54,191 nt of DNA from Ferroacidibacillus organovorans (GCF_001642725.1 NZ_LSUQ01000015.1:1-54191), one strand, 5' to 3'. Numbered from the stretch's first letter, positions 10,726 through 23,126 are shown. Numbers and translations: made by a program. Notes: generated by a model not told the origin, from the sequence alone.

Positions 10726-11701
10726 GAAGCCGCTTGTTGAGCTTCGCGTGAAGATCGATGAACTGAAACGCTTTACGGAAGAAAAAGGGATCGATATGAG
10801 CGAAGAGGTGGCGACGCTAGAAGCAAAGGCGAAGACGCTCGCGGAATCAATTTACCGCGATCTAAAGCCGTGGCAGAAAGTGCAGATTGCGCGCCATCCG
10901 GAACGCCCCACTGCGCTCGATTACATTCGCGCGATGTGTGGCGACTTTATTGAACTGCATGGCGACCGAAACTTTCGCGATGATCCAGCGATGGTCGGCG
11001 GCGTGGGGTTGTTTCGCGGACGTCCCGTCACACTGATCGGAACGCAAAAGGGCAAAGACACGAAAGACAATATACACCGCAATTTTGGAATGGCTCACCC
11101 GGAAGGTTATCGCAAGGCGCTTCGCTTGATGAAACAGGCGGAAAAGTTCCAGCGACCTGTCTTTACATTTATCGATACGGCGGGCGCTTATCCGGGCGCC
11201 GGGGCGGAAGAGCGAGGACAGGGCGAGGCGATTGCGCGCAACCTGATTGAAATGGCGGGTCTGCGCGTTCCTGTCGTCTGTGTTGTGACGGGTGAAGGTG
11301 GAAGTGGCGGAGCACTCGGCCTCGGTGTCGCGGATGAAATTTTGATGTTTGAGCACGCGTATTACTCAGTGATCTCGCCTGAGAGCGCGGCGGCGCTGCT
11401 CTGGAAGGATGCGACGCAAGGACAGCGCGCGGCGGACACGATGTGCATTACGGCGCAGGATCTAAAAGCGTTTGGCATTGTGGATCAGATCGTGCCCGAA
11501 CCGTTTGGTGGTGTGCAACGCGACCGCGCGGAAGCGGTGAGCGCGCTTAGCGATGCGTTTGCACAAGCGCTTGATCGATTGGATGCGTTGGGGATGGATG
11601 CACTCCTTGAAAGACGTTATGACAAGTATCGAAAGATCGGGAATTATCGCGAAATGACGGAAGAACTGCCTAAACATTCTGTTGCGATGCAGGAATCGTG
11701 A
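10703..11701 (+). CDS. accA: Acetyl-CoA carboxylase carboxyltransferase alpha subunit
   Basis: LPFEKP start, [30 protein letters not shown]; overlaps the end of accD. Confidence 0.95.
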   Translation: MATELPFEKPLVELRVKIDELKRFTEEKGIDMSEEVATLEAKAKTLAESIYRDLKPWQKVQIARHPERPTALDYIRAMCGDFIELHGDRNFRDDPAMVGGVGLFRGRPVTLIGTQKGKDTKDNIHRNFGMAHPEGYRKALRLMKQAEKFQRPVFTFIDTAGAYPGAGAEERGQGEAIARNLIEMAGLRVPVVCVVTGEGGSGGALGLGVADEILMFEHAYYSVISPESAAALLWKDATQGQRAADTMCITAQDLKAFGIVDQIVPEPFGGVQRDRAEAVSALSDAFAQALDRLDALGMDALLERRYDKYRKIGNYREMTEELPKHSVAMQES

Positions 11702-11800
11702 CGTTCGCGTAGAATCCTTTTCATAAGGATTGGGCGGACGTCCAGTTTCTTCACACTATGTGGGACGCATTTAGTCCCGCGTGGACGAAATGCGTCTTAG

Positions 11801-12868
<1,068 letters not shown>

Positions 12869-12888
12869 TCTGAGGAGGAAGTGAACGG

Positions 12889-14640
12889 ATGAGAAAAAGC
12901 AAAATTGTTTGTACGATGGGGCCTGCATCCAATCAATTGGAGACGCTTCGCGAAATGATTCGAGCGGGGATGGACGTTGCGCGTTTAAATTTTTCGCACG
13001 GAACGCATGACGATCATCGCCGCGTCATTGAAACGGTGCGCGATGCAGCGCGTCTTGAAGGTAAAGCGATCGGGATCATGCTTGATATTAAAGGTCCGAA
13101 AATTCGTACGGGTCTCATTGAGGGAGACGAAGTCGAACTCATTGACGGAGAAACCATCATCTTGACCACGGATGCTGTACTTGGGACGAAGCAGCGTGTC
13201 TCGATTAGCTATGAAGGTCTGCCAGAAGATGTGACGGTAGGCTCGGTAATTCGCATCGATGACGGACTGATCGGGCTTCGCGTCTTGCAGGTTGTCGGAC
13301 ATGACATTCACTGCACCATTACCAATGGTGGTACGTTAAAAAATCGCAAGGGCATCAATGCGCCAGGTGTGCGCCTGCGCTTGCCTGGCGTGACGGAAAA
13401 AGACATCGAAGATATCAAGTTTGGCATTGAGCAAGGCGTCGATATCATCGCGGCATCCTTTGTGCGCAAAGCATCGGATGTCTTGGAAATTCGCGAATTG
13501 CTTGAAAATCATCACGTCAAGATGGACATCATCTCGAAGATCGAGGCGCAGGAAGGCATCGATTGCATCAGTGAGATCCTTGCGGTGTCCGACGGTCTCA
13601 TGGTGGCGCGCGGCGATCTCGGCGTGGAGATTCCTACAGAAGAGGTTCCGATTGTACAAAAGCAACTGATCGAACTCTGCAATCGCGCGGGAAAGGTCGT
13701 CATTACGGCGACGCAGATGCTTGACTCCATGCAGCGCAATCCGCGACCGACGCGCGCAGAGGCGACTGATATCGCAAACGCGATTTTTGACGGGTCTGAC
13801 GCGATTATGCTCAGCGGCGAGACGGCGGCAGGTCGCTATCCGATTGAGTCGGTGCGCACGATGGCAGAAATCGCAGAGCGGGCTGAGCGGGCGATCCTTG
13901 AGCGCGTCGTGATGGGGCGCCATCGCGACATCGTTGAAAATACGCAGACGGATGCGATCAGCTCCGCGGTGCAGCGAATTGCCGATGAGTTGCAAGCCAA
14001 AGCGGTGATAACCTCGACGGAGTCAGGATTCACTGCGCGGATGATCGCGAAACATCGTCCGTGCTGCGCGATCGTCGCGGTGACACCGTATGCGGCGGTA
14101 GCGCGTCGCTTGGCGCTTTGCTATGGCGTCTATCCTGTGTTGGTGAAAAAGACGCATACGACCGATGAAATGCTTTCTGTCGCAGTCGACGGAGCGCTTG
14201 CGTCTGGCTATGTTCAGAGTGGCGATCTCGTCGTCATCACGGCAGGCGTACCGGTCGGTGAGACGGGGACGACCAATATGTTGAAGATTCACACAATTGG
14301 GGATTCGATCGGCAAAGGTGTTGGCGTTGGGACGAGGAGTCTTGTCGGCCGCGCGGTGGTTGCAACGAATGTGAGTGACGCCTTGGCGCGTGTGGAGGAC
14401 GGTGATATTCTGGTGACTGTGGCGACCGATCGCGACTTCATGCCAGCGCTTCAGAAGGCGGGCGCGCTTGTGACCGAAGATGGCGGCGTAACGTCGCATG
14501 CCGCAGTCGTAGGCCTCTCGCTTGGAATTCCTGTCATTGTCGGCCTCGCTGGCGCGACGCGTCTCGTGAAAGATGGGGAGACAGTGACGGTCGACGCCAT
14601 TCGCGGACTCCTCTACCGTGGAAAAACGCACGTGCTTTAA
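12889..14640 (+). CDS. pyk: Pyruvate kinase with C-terminal PEP-utilising domain
   Basis: KIVCTMGPAS, RLNFSHG, MVARGDLGVE, ATQMLDSM, MLSGETA; C-terminal TSHAAVV. Confidence 0.95.
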   Translation: MRKSKIVCTMGPASNQLETLREMIRAGMDVARLNFSHGTHDDHRRVIETVRDAARLEGKAIGIMLDIKGPKIRTGLIEGDEVELIDGETIILTTDAVLGTKQRVSISYEGLPEDVTVGSVIRIDDGLIGLRVLQVVGHDIHCTITNGGTLKNRKGINAPGVRLRLPGVTEKDIEDIKFGIEQGVDIIAASFVRKASDVLEIRELLENHHVKMDIISKIEAQEGIDCISEILAVSDGLMVARGDLGVEIPTEEVPIVQKQLIELCNRAGKVVITATQMLDSMQRNPRPTRAEATDIANAIFDGSDAIMLSGETAAGRYPIESVRTMAEIAERAERAILERVVMGRHRDIVENTQTDAISSAVQRIADELQAKAVITSTESGFTARMIAKHRPCCAIVAVTPYAAVARRLALCYGVYPVLVKKTHTTDEMLSVAVDGALASGYVQSGDLVVITAGVPVGETGTTNMLKIHTIGDSIGKGVGVGTRSLVGRAVVATNVSDALARVEDGDILVTVATDRDFMPALQKAGALVTEDGGVTSHAAVVGLSLGIPVIVGLAGATRLVKDGETVTVDAIRGLLYRGKTHVL

Positions 14641-14689
14641 GATGATTGACGAATGGATTTGACCTTGTGACAAGAGTGGAGATTGGACG

Positions 14690-15109
14690 ATGAGCAAAAA
14701 GAGTGTCACAACGGTTCGCGTTCGCTATGCAGAGACGGATCAGATGGGTGTGGCGTGGCACGGCAATTATATCGCGTGGTTTGAGGCGGGGCGCACCGAT
14801 TGGATTCGCGCGGCGGGTCTGTCGTATCGCCAGCTTGAAGAAGAAGGCGTCCTCCTCCCGGTGCTGCGCGTCGAAGCGGAGTACTTGAAGGCTACACACT
14901 TTGACGATGAACTGACGATTGAGACGCAACTCGCGTCGTATGAAGGGGTTCGCGTGTCGTTTGGGTATGTTGTCTACGCGGTCGATGGACAGTGCATGGC
15001 AAAGGGCAAAACGGAGCACGCGTTCGTCTCGCGTGAGATGAAACCGCTGCGAATTCCGCGCCATCGCCCTGATCTGCACGACATTTTTATCCGCAGACAG
15101 GAAGCGTGA
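14690..15109 (+). CDS. Acyl-CoA thioesterase (YbgC/FadM hotdog family)
   Basis: VRYAETDQMGVAWHGNY..WFEAGR motif. Confidence 0.85.
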   Translation: MSKKSVTTVRVRYAETDQMGVAWHGNYIAWFEAGRTDWIRAAGLSYRQLEEEGVLLPVLRVEAEYLKATHFDDELTIETQLASYEGVRVSFGYVVYAVDGQCMAKGKTEHAFVSREMKPLRIPRHRPDLHDIFIRRQEA

Positions 15110-15117
15110 CGTAACAC

Positions 15118-16038
15118 ATGAGCCACACCACGCCGCGATTTGCGTATGCGCTGCTGTTTCTCGCCATTTTCTCTGTGTCATTCGCGGCCATTCTGATTAA
15201 ACTTACAAACGCCCCAGCTGAAGTGACAGCATTCTATCGCATGAGCATCACGGCAGTTCTGCTCGCGCCTTTTGCTGCGCGGGGACTGCGCGCGCAGATC
15301 AGCTTGTTGACACGTCGCGATTGGGGCTTGCTCGCGATCAGTGGGGCATGTCTGGCGATTCACTTTGTTTTCTGGATCGGTTCGCTCTTCTACACGTCTG
15401 TCGCGAGTTCGACCCTCTTCTTGTCCCTTCAGCCCATTTTTGCGATGATCGGAAGTTTCGTATTCTTTCGAGAGAAAACGCGCGGGGCTGCGTGGCTATA
15501 CGCGAGCATTGCAGTTCTAGGAACCGCGCTCATTGGCTGGCAAGATCTTCACCTGGGTGGACGAGCGGCGTATGGCGATCTGCTTTCCGTCCTTGGTACG
15601 CTGTCGGTGGTCGGTTACATGCTTGCCGGGCAGCGCCTGCGCCAGAAACTTTCATTTCTCCACTACAGTTTTCTTGTGTATTGCATCTGTTCCGCGCTTC
15701 TCTTCATCTACAGCGTTGGACGAGGCGATCAACTCACAGGTTATGCGGGTTCTGACGTCCGTGCATTTTTACTTCTCGCCATCATTCCGACGATCTTCGG
15801 GCACACGATGTTCAACTTTCTCCTGCGTTTCTTTAAAGCACCCACCATCGCAATGACGATTGTGGGAGAACCGCTCATTGCGACTGCGCTCGCCTATCTC
15901 TTTTTCGGAACCAGAGTTCACACCATTTGGTTTTTGGGGGCGACACTCGCCGTTTTTGGCATCATTCAGTTCATGAGAAACACGTTGCAATCTAAAACTT
16001 CGGTGCGCGCACCCTCAGGGGTTGATCTTGAGATGTGA
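15118..16038 (+). CDS. DMT/EamA family transporter
   Basis: About 10 hydrophobic segments in two repeats; AFYR, HFVFW, GHTMFN, GEP motifs. Confidence 0.85.
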   Translation: MSHTTPRFAYALLFLAIFSVSFAAILIKLTNAPAEVTAFYRMSITAVLLAPFAARGLRAQISLLTRRDWGLLAISGACLAIHFVFWIGSLFYTSVASSTLFLSLQPIFAMIGSFVFFREKTRGAAWLYASIAVLGTALIGWQDLHLGGRAAYGDLLSVLGTLSVVGYMLAGQRLRQKLSFLHYSFLVYCICSALLFIYSVGRGDQLTGYAGSDVRAFLLLAIIPTIFGHTMFNFLLRFFKAPTIAMTIVGEPLIATALAYLFFGTRVHTIWFLGATLAVFGIIQFMRNTLQSKTSVRAPSGVDLEM

Positions 16039-16125
16039 TGCTGGACGCTGAGAGAGTAACTGTCTTACAAAAAAACCGCGGCTGTATTGCAAGCCGTGCA
16101 ATGCGTCTCTTTTTCGACAATCGCG

Positions 16126-16167
16126 AGAGCGTTTGGCCAACGGCGTTTGGCCAACGCTCTTATTTTT
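16126..16167 (+). terminator. Terminator-like hairpin containing a tandem 14-bp duplication
   Basis: AGAGCGTT...AACGCTCT stem plus TATTTTT; GCGTTTGGCCAACG repeated at 16129-16142 and 16143-16156. Confidence 0.55.
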
Positions 16168-16371
16168 GCCAAAAGCCCTTACTGTGCGTGCGATTGTATG
16201 ATGTATGCGCCGTAAATTGTCGGCCGTAGATGTCGAATTTCCCGGGAAATTGTCACACGCTGTTCCCGGATGTTCGTGCTACTTGCAAACTGTTTGTTGC
16301 CTGGAAAGATCCTGTGCTATGATGGGGAATGTAACGTATTCATGGGTGCTTTTTCGAAAGGGGCTAGTCCA

Positions 16372-17667
16372 TTGTCTCTCTTTAAGCAACTTGAAATGCC
16401 GAAGCACGGCGAAAAGATTTCCATGCAATCATCCGGGTTACATGTACCCGACCATCCAGTCATTCCGTTTATCGAGGGTGACGGAACGGGTCGCGACATT
16501 TGGCGGGCATCCGTACGTGTCCTCGACGCGGCAGTCGAAAAATTGTACGGTGGAAAACGCAAAATTGAATGGTTCGAAGTGTATGCCGGAGAAAAAGCGT
16601 TCACACAGTTTGGGGAATGGTTGCCTGACGACACGCTTGTTGCGCTTCGCGAATACTTGGTCAGCATTAAAGGTCCACTCACCACACCGATTGGCGGCGG
16701 ATTTCGCAGTTTGAACGTCGCGCTTCGACAGGAGTTGGACCTTTATGTATGTCTGCGTCCTGTGCGCCATTTTGCGGGAGTGCCTTCTCCTGTGAAACGG
16801 CCCGATCTTGTCGATATGGTAATTTTCCGGGAAAATTCGGAGGATATCTACGCGGGTATTGAGTGGGCAGCAGGAACGCCAGAAGTTCAAAAAGTGATCC
16901 GTTTCTTGCAAGAGGAGATGGGCGTTAAGAAGATCCGCTTTCCAGAGACGTCAGGGATCGGCATCAAGCCGATTTCGAAAGAGGGGACGGATCGGCTGAT
17001 TCGCTCGGCGATCGAGTACGCGATTGCGCATCAACGGAAGTCGGTCACGATTGTCCACAAAGGGAACATTATGAAATTCACGGAGGGCGGCTTTAAAAAC
17101 TGGGCTTATGAATTGGCGGAGCGCGAGTTTGGCGATCGCGTCTTTACGTGGGCGCAGTACGACCGCATCAAAGCGGACAAAGGATCTGCGGCGGCTGATC
17201 AAGCGCAAAAGGATGCAGAGACGTCTGGAAAGATCATCGTGAAGGATACGATTGCGGATATCTTCTTGCAGCAGATTTTGACGAGGCCTGCGGAGTTTGA
17301 CGTGGTTGCGACGATGAACCTAAACGGTGACTACATCTCGGATGCGCTCGCGGCGCAAGTCGGCGGAATCGGGATCGCACCTGGCGCAAACATTAACTAT
17401 GTCACAGGGCACGCCGTGTTTGAGGCGACGCACGGCACGGCACCGAAGTATGCAGATCTCGACAAGGTGAATCCTGGTTCGGTCATTCTTTCTGGCGTGA
17501 TGATGCTTGAACATTTGGGCTGGCAGGAGGCGGCTGACGCGATTGTCGCGTCACTGCAGGCAACGATTAATCAGAAGGTCGTCACGTATGACTTCGCGCG
17601 TTTGATGGAAGGCGCAACGGAAGTAAAGACGTCCGAGTTTGCGGATGCGCTGATCAAGAATTTGTAA
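16372..17667 (+). CDS. icd: NADP-dependent isocitrate dehydrogenase
   Basis: [54 protein letters not shown] start chosen after RBS AAGGGG. Confidence 0.95.
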   Translation: MSLFKQLEMPKHGEKISMQSSGLHVPDHPVIPFIEGDGTGRDIWRASVRVLDAAVEKLYGGKRKIEWFEVYAGEKAFTQFGEWLPDDTLVALREYLVSIKGPLTTPIGGGFRSLNVALRQELDLYVCLRPVRHFAGVPSPVKRPDLVDMVIFRENSEDIYAGIEWAAGTPEVQKVIRFLQEEMGVKKIRFPETSGIGIKPISKEGTDRLIRSAIEYAIAHQRKSVTIVHKGNIMKFTEGGFKNWAYELAEREFGDRVFTWAQYDRIKADKGSAAADQAQKDAETSGKIIVKDTIADIFLQQILTRPAEFDVVATMNLNGDYISDALAAQVGGIGIAPGANINYVTGHAVFEATHGTAPKYADLDKVNPGSVILSGVMMLEHLGWQEAADAIVASLQATINQKVVTYDFARLMEGATEVKTSEFADALIKNL

Positions 17668-17858
17668 ATGAAATCAATAAGTGTTGAAGTCGATTTGCGC
17701 TGAAATGGAGGCGTCCCGCAGGGGGCGCCTTCTTCTACTTTTCGGCTGCGGACCGCGTCGATGTGAGGCAATCGAGCAATGTACATGGTACAATCATGGT
17801 CAATGGAAGGTTCGGCTGCGAGGTCGGAGGATCGTCGCATAGAGAGGATTGACCGTGC

Positions 17859-20741
17859 ATGACCGATGGGACGAAGCGCCCCAAACTACTCCTGATTGAC
17901 GGGAACAGCGTGCTCTATCGCGCGTTTTTTGCCGTTCCCCTGTTATCAAACTCGCAGGGTGCCTATACAAACGCCGTATATGGATTCGCTCAGATGATTC
18001 TAAACGTGTTGAATCAGGAACAACCGACGCATATCGCGGTGGCGTTCGACAAAGGGAAAGCGACATTTCGCCACCAGGTTTATGAAGCGTATAAAGGGAA
18101 ACGCGCGAAGACGCCGCCGGAGCTTAGCGGCCAGTTTGAAATGGCGAGAATGCTGCTCGACCAGTTTCACATGCGCTATCTTGAGGCGGAGGATTATGAG
18201 GCGGACGATTTGATCGGGACGCTTGCGCGCGTCGGCGAAGAAGCCAACTTTGATGTGATGATCGTGACTGGCGACAAGGACTTGTTGCAACTCGTTTCGA
18301 ACCGGGTGACGACGTGCCTCACGAAAAAGGGAACAACCGACTTGACGCGCTATGACCCTGAGGGCGTGCGCGAGCGTTTCTCGCTCGACCCGCTTCAAGT
18401 GATCGACTTGAAAGGGTTGATGGGAGATGCGTCGGACAATATTCCGGGCGTACCGGGCGTCGGCGAGAAAACGGCGATTAAGCTCTTGACACAGTACGGC
18501 AGTGTGGAAGCTGTGCTCGACCATATTGATGAGATCAGCGGTGCAAAACTTCAGGAGCGCCTGCGTGAACACCGCGAGCTTGCATTGCTCTCGAAACGTT
18601 TGGCGACCATTGAGCAACATGCGCCGCTCTCTCTGTCGCTTGACGATCTGTCGTTTACGGGATTTGCGCAAGAGGATGTCACGGCGGCGTTTCGCGCGCT
18701 TGAATTCAAATCACTTTTGGCGCGTGTCAGAGACTGGCAAGGCATCTTTCAAGATACGCCGAAAAAGAGTGAGCAGCGCTCCTCAATCGTAGAGGATGAC
18801 ACTTCGCTGCCTACCAATAAGATGAATGGAAGCGACGGCGACGCGGATGGAAGCGCGGCTGCCAATGCGGATCGAGTGGAAGGTCGCGAGTATGGCGAAG
18901 CCGATGTGCGGATCGCGTCGCTCGCCGAACTTCCGGAGGTCATTGCGTCGCTTGAGGGGCCAATCGCGATTCTGGCAGATGGATTGCGGCACTATCACAC
19001 AGACCGGCTCGCAGGCGTGGCGTTCGCAACGAGTGACCACGCGGTGTATGTGAGAATCGTTGCAGACGAGGTGCTGGCTGATGGAGGGATTGGCGCGGGG
19101 AAGGGCGATCAAGCTGCAGATGAGAGCGATCTTGCCGCGAATGAGCGTGTCATGGCGCTCTCACGGCAACTCGCGCCACTGGTTGATCTGCTCTGTGACG
19201 AAACGCGCGAGAAGGTCGTGTTTGACGCAAAAGCGTGGCGGGTTGGACTCTATGCGCACGGTGTGAGGGCGGTGGTAGAGCGACCGTTTGCGCAGGCGCT
19301 TGATGCGCTGCTCGGCACGTATTTGTTGCGCGCTTCAGAGGGCGTGCCGGAACTCGCAGATGCGATCATCTATGCGGTCCCTGAACTGCCGATTCCAGAG
19401 TCGCTCTACGCAGCGCGCGAGATGAACGGGGAACCGTATCAGATCGGGCTTGCGCAGTGGGCGCGGATGCTTGCGCGCGCGCGCGCGGCGATGATAGACC
19501 AACTGAAGTCGAAGAACCTCTGGTCACTCTATGAGGACGTCGAGGTTCCACTGTCTTATGTGCTCGCTGATATGGAAATTTATGGTGTAAAAATTGATGC
19601 GTCACGCCTTGAGGCGATTGGCGCGGAACTGGCGGTTGAGATTGAGCGTCTGACGAAGCGAATCTACGAACTCGCGGGGACGACCTTTAACATCAACTCC
19701 ACGAAGCAGCTCGGGGAAATTTTGTTTGAAAAGATGGGATTGCCTCCCGTCAAAAAGACGAAGACTGGTTATTCGACGAGTGCCGACGTGCTTGAGAAAC
19801 TCGCGCCGCAGAGTGAGATGGTCACGGAGATTCTGCGCTATCGCATTCTGACGAAGCTTCAATCCACCTATATTGAGGGGTTGCTTCGCGAGATTCGCAT
19901 GCCGTCATCGCGAATCCACACGTCGTTTCACCAGGCAAAAACGGCGACCGGCCGACTCTCAAGCGAGGAGCCGAATCTGCAGAACATTCCGATCCGCATG
20001 GAGGAGGGAAGGCGGCTTCGACACGCGTTTGTCCCGTCGCTGGACGGATGGAAGATGGTGGCGGCTGACTACTCTCAGGTGGAACTTCGCATCATGGCTC
20101 ACCTGTCGCGTGATGAGGCGCTCGTCGACGCGTTTATGACGGGGGTGGACGTTCACACGCGCACCGCGAGTCAAGTGTTTGGTGTGCCGGAGTCTGAAGT
20201 GACGTCGCTGATGCGGCGGCAGGCGAAAGCGGTCAACTTTGGGATCATCTATGGCATCAGCGATTTCGGACTCTCGCAGAATCTGAACGTCTCTCGCGCA
20301 CAGGCGGGCGCGTTCATCGAGCAGTATTTCGCGAAGTTTCCGGGTGTGCGCAGCTACATGGATCAGGCTGTCGCGTTTGCCAAAGAGCACGGCTATACAG
20401 AGACGGTGCTTGGACGGCGGCGCGATCTGCCGGGCATCCACAGTCGCAACTTTAATGAGCGGAGCTTTGCGGAGCGGACGGCGATGAACACGCCGATTCA
20501 GGGAACGGCGGCAGACATGATCAAAGTGGCGATGATTCGCTTGGCGGAACGGCTGCGCGCAGATAGACTTGAGGCACGGATGTTGCTGCAGGTGCACGAC
20601 GAGTTGATCGTCGAGTGCCCTGCGCGTGAGGTGGAGGCGGTTTCGCGTCACATGGCGGAGGCGATGGAGCAGGCGATTGAACTCAGTGTGCCGCTGCGCG
20701 TTGATTTGCACGTGGGCGATACGTGGTACGATGCGAAGTGA
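17859..20741 (+). CDS. polA: DNA polymerase I
   Basis: 5'-3' exonuclease (LIDGNS, EADDLIG, GDASDNIPGV) and polymerase motifs (ADYSQVELR, KAVNFGIIYG, QVHDEL). Confidence 0.95.
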   Translation: MTDGTKRPKLLLIDGNSVLYRAFFAVPLLSNSQGAYTNAVYGFAQMILNVLNQEQPTHIAVAFDKGKATFRHQVYEAYKGKRAKTPPELSGQFEMARMLLDQFHMRYLEAEDYEADDLIGTLARVGEEANFDVMIVTGDKDLLQLVSNRVTTCLTKKGTTDLTRYDPEGVRERFSLDPLQVIDLKGLMGDASDNIPGVPGVGEKTAIKLLTQYGSVEAVLDHIDEISGAKLQERLREHRELALLSKRLATIEQHAPLSLSLDDLSFTGFAQEDVTAAFRALEFKSLLARVRDWQGIFQDTPKKSEQRSSIVEDDTSLPTNKMNGSDGDADGSAAANADRVEGREYGEADVRIASLAELPEVIASLEGPIAILADGLRHYHTDRLAGVAFATSDHAVYVRIVADEVLADGGIGAGKGDQAADESDLAANERVMALSRQLAPLVDLLCDETREKVVFDAKAWRVGLYAHGVRAVVERPFAQALDALLGTYLLRASEGVPELADAIIYAVPELPIPESLYAAREMNGEPYQIGLAQWARMLARARAAMIDQLKSKNLWSLYEDVEVPLSYVLADMEIYGVKIDASRLEAIGAELAVEIERLTKRIYELAGTTFNINSTKQLGEILFEKMGLPPVKKTKTGYSTSADVLEKLAPQSEMVTEILRYRILTKLQSTYIEGLLREIRMPSSRIHTSFHQAKTATGRLSSEEPNLQNIPIRMEEGRRLRHAFVPSLDGWKMVAADYSQVELRIMAHLSRDEALVDAFMTGVDVHTRTASQVFGVPESEVTSLMRRQAKAVNFGIIYGISDFGLSQNLNVSRAQAGAFIEQYFAKFPGVRSYMDQAVAFAKEHGYTETVLGRRRDLPGIHSRNFNERSFAERTAMNTPIQGTAADMIKVAMIRLAERLRADRLEARMLLQVHDELIVECPAREVEAVSRHMAEAMEQAIELSVPLRVDLHVGDTWYDAK

Positions 20742-20773
20742 GGCTGTCTTTGAGGTGGGAAGGGTGAACGGAT

Positions 20774-21637
20774 GTGCCTGAATTGCCTGAGGTGGAAACG
20801 GTGCGCAGAGGGCTTGACTCGCTTCTGGCGGGACGCGTCATCCTCGATGTACATGTTCATCTCGCGCGAATCGTACGCCAGCCGGACGTGGATACGTTTA
20901 CGACGCTCTTGCGTGGGAAGCGCATTGAGAGAGTGCGTCGGCGCGGGAAGTATCTGTTGATCGATCTCGACGGGTGGACGCTGGTTTCTCATTTACGCAT
21001 GGAGGGACGCTATGGGGTCTTCGCGGCAGATGGGGAGGTCGCACCGCACACACATGTGCGCTTCAGGCTAGATCGCGGTGAAGAACTGCGCTATCGGGAT
21101 GTTCGCCAGTTTGGAACGATGGATCTTTTGCCGACGGTAGAACTCGATGTGCATCGCGGCCTCGCAGCGCTTGGGGTGGAGCCGCTCGCTGACGCGTTTG
21201 ATGAGACGGAGCTTGAAGGAAAGTTGCGGTCGCGCTCGGGGGCGATCAAGGGTGCGCTTCTGGATCAATCGGTGGTGGCCGGGATCGGTAATATCTATGC
21301 GGATGAGATCCTCTTTGCGGCAAAGGTTCATCCGGAGCGCGCGGCCAATCGGCTCACGCGAAATCAGACGCGCGAAATCGTTCGCGCCACAAAGTTGATT
21401 TTAGCCGCTTCGATTGAACAGGGTGGAAGCTCAGTCAAATCGTATGTGGACGGGTTTGGTGAACAGGGGCAGTTCCAATTCGCGCTACGCGTCTATGGAC
21501 GTGACGGGTTGCCGTGTGATTACTGCGGCAGTCTCATACGAAAAGGGCGAGTGGCCGGGCGCGGCACGCACGTTTGTGTCGCCTGTCAAACGCCGCCTCG
21601 CGGTGCGCGTATCACATCTCGAACGGGTTCGGAGTGA
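20774..21637 (+). CDS. mutM: Formamidopyrimidine-DNA glycosylase
   Basis: PELPEVET N-terminus, HLRMEG, GIGNIYADE, C-terminal zinc finger. Confidence 0.95.
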   Translation: MPELPEVETVRRGLDSLLAGRVILDVHVHLARIVRQPDVDTFTTLLRGKRIERVRRRGKYLLIDLDGWTLVSHLRMEGRYGVFAADGEVAPHTHVRFRLDRGEELRYRDVRQFGTMDLLPTVELDVHRGLAALGVEPLADAFDETELEGKLRSRSGAIKGALLDQSVVAGIGNIYADEILFAAKVHPERAANRLTRNQTREIVRATKLILAASIEQGGSSVKSYVDGFGEQGQFQFALRVYGRDGLPCDYCGSLIRKGRVAGRGTHVCVACQTPPRGARITSRTGSE

Positions 21638-21643
21638 ACAATT

Positions 21644-22315
21644 TTGTTGGTTGGGCTTACTGGCGGAATTGCAACAGGAAAAAGCACCGTTTCTACGCTC
21701 CTTATCGCGCGCGGAATTCCGGTTCTTGACGCGGACCGCATTGCGCGGGAGGTCGTCATGCCGGGAACAGAGACACTCAAGGCGCTTGTGGAGGCGTTTG
21801 GCGACGGAATTTTGACAGATGACGGAACGCTCGATCGCGCTGCGCTCGGACGTTTCGTGTTTCACGATGTGGCTGCGAGGGAACGCGTGAATGCGATCAC
21901 GCACCCGGCGATTCGGTCGCTTATGGTGTCGCGCGCGAGAGAATTGGAGGCGGGCGTGCGGGCGCGCCCGATTATTCTTGATGTGCCGTTATTGTTTGAG
22001 GGAGAAACGCATAAAGTAGTCGATGTGACGGTGCTTGTCTATGCGAGCCGACCGATTCAATTGCAGCGGCTGATGCAGCGCAATCCGCTCACGGTGTCAG
22101 AAGCGAACGCGCGCATTGACGCGCAGATGAGTACGGAGGCGAAGCGCCGTCTGGCAACGATCGTTATCGAGAATGACGGGTCGCTCTCTGAATTGGAAGC
22201 GCGTGTGGATCGCTTGTGTGAAATTCTTGGGAAACTTGCGCGCGAAGACGAGATGGGCGAGGTGCAATCCGATATAAACTCGCGGAGCACACGTCCTCAG
22301 GTGGTGATTTCATGA
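21644..22315 (+). CDS. coaE: Dephospho-CoA kinase
   Basis: GLTGGIATGKST P-loop, DAD, THP, DVPLLFE; polA-mutM-coaE synteny. Confidence 0.93.
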   Translation: MLVGLTGGIATGKSTVSTLLIARGIPVLDADRIAREVVMPGTETLKALVEAFGDGILTDDGTLDRAALGRFVFHDVAARERVNAITHPAIRSLMVSRARELEAGVRARPIILDVPLLFEGETHKVVDVTVLVYASRPIQLQRLMQRNPLTVSEANARIDAQMSTEAKRRLATIVIENDGSLSELEARVDRLCEILGKLAREDEMGEVQSDINSRSTRPQVVIS

Positions 22316-22353
22316 GATCTTCAGGTACACCCTCACGCAAAGAGGAGGGTGGG

Positions 22354-23007
22354 ATGGCTTCGCGTGATCATCGCGGGCTACGTGTGGGACGCATTCGCGC
22401 ACGCTCGAATCGATCGGGTCAATCTCCGCGGGGAGGAAGTACATTGAAACGTACACGATGGGCGCGCTGGCGCGTCGTGCTTTCGGTGGTCTTGCTTGCG
22501 GGTCTGATGGATCTGGTGTTTCGACCGGACTTTCTCCAGTTTGTCTATCCAATCTACTATCAGCCGATCATCGAGCACGAGGCTACCGCGGCGAATGTCG
22601 ACCCGATGCTTGTCGCGGCGATCACGCGCGTTGAGAGCCATTTTCGAGAGGATGACATTTCGCACGCCGGTGCAGTCGGCCTCATGCAACTGCTGCCGGG
22701 AACCGCTTCGTGGATTGCGGTACAGATCGGGATGCCCCAGCCGACCGCGATTCAACTTGCTCAGCCTTCGATCAATATCCGGTTTGGCACCTGGTATATC
22801 AGCTATCTCCTCAAGATGTTTCACGGACGTTTGCCGGAAGCCATCGCCGCGTACAATGCGGGACCAAACCGCGTGAGCGGCTGGCTGCAGTCAAACGTGT
22901 GGTCGGGCGACGAAGTATCCATCGAGGACATTCCGGTGCTTGAAACGCGCCACTTCGTTGCGCGCGTGTTGTATACGTATCGCCTGTTCCATCAACTCTA
23001 CGAGTGA
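22354..23007 (+). CDS. Lytic transglycosylase (SLT domain) with N-terminal membrane anchor
   Basis: ITRVESHF, GAVGLMQL, AAYNAG, ETRHFV; RBS AGGAGG before ATG 22354. Confidence 0.9.
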   Translation: MASRDHRGLRVGRIRARSNRSGQSPRGGSTLKRTRWARWRVVLSVVLLAGLMDLVFRPDFLQFVYPIYYQPIIEHEATAANVDPMLVAAITRVESHFREDDISHAGAVGLMQLLPGTASWIAVQIGMPQPTAIQLAQPSINIRFGTWYISYLLKMFHGRLPEAIAAYNAGPNRVSGWLQSNVWSGDEVSIEDIPVLETRHFVARVLYTYRLFHQLYE

Positions 23008-23126
23008 GCTAGCTCCCTCGGCGCGGATTCAGTGTTAAATGGAAGGGTAACATTGGCGATAGATGGGGACGAGTTTGACGCAGATCGCGGTGCTACTTTT
23101 TCAGCAGTCTATTTCCGCGACATCTC

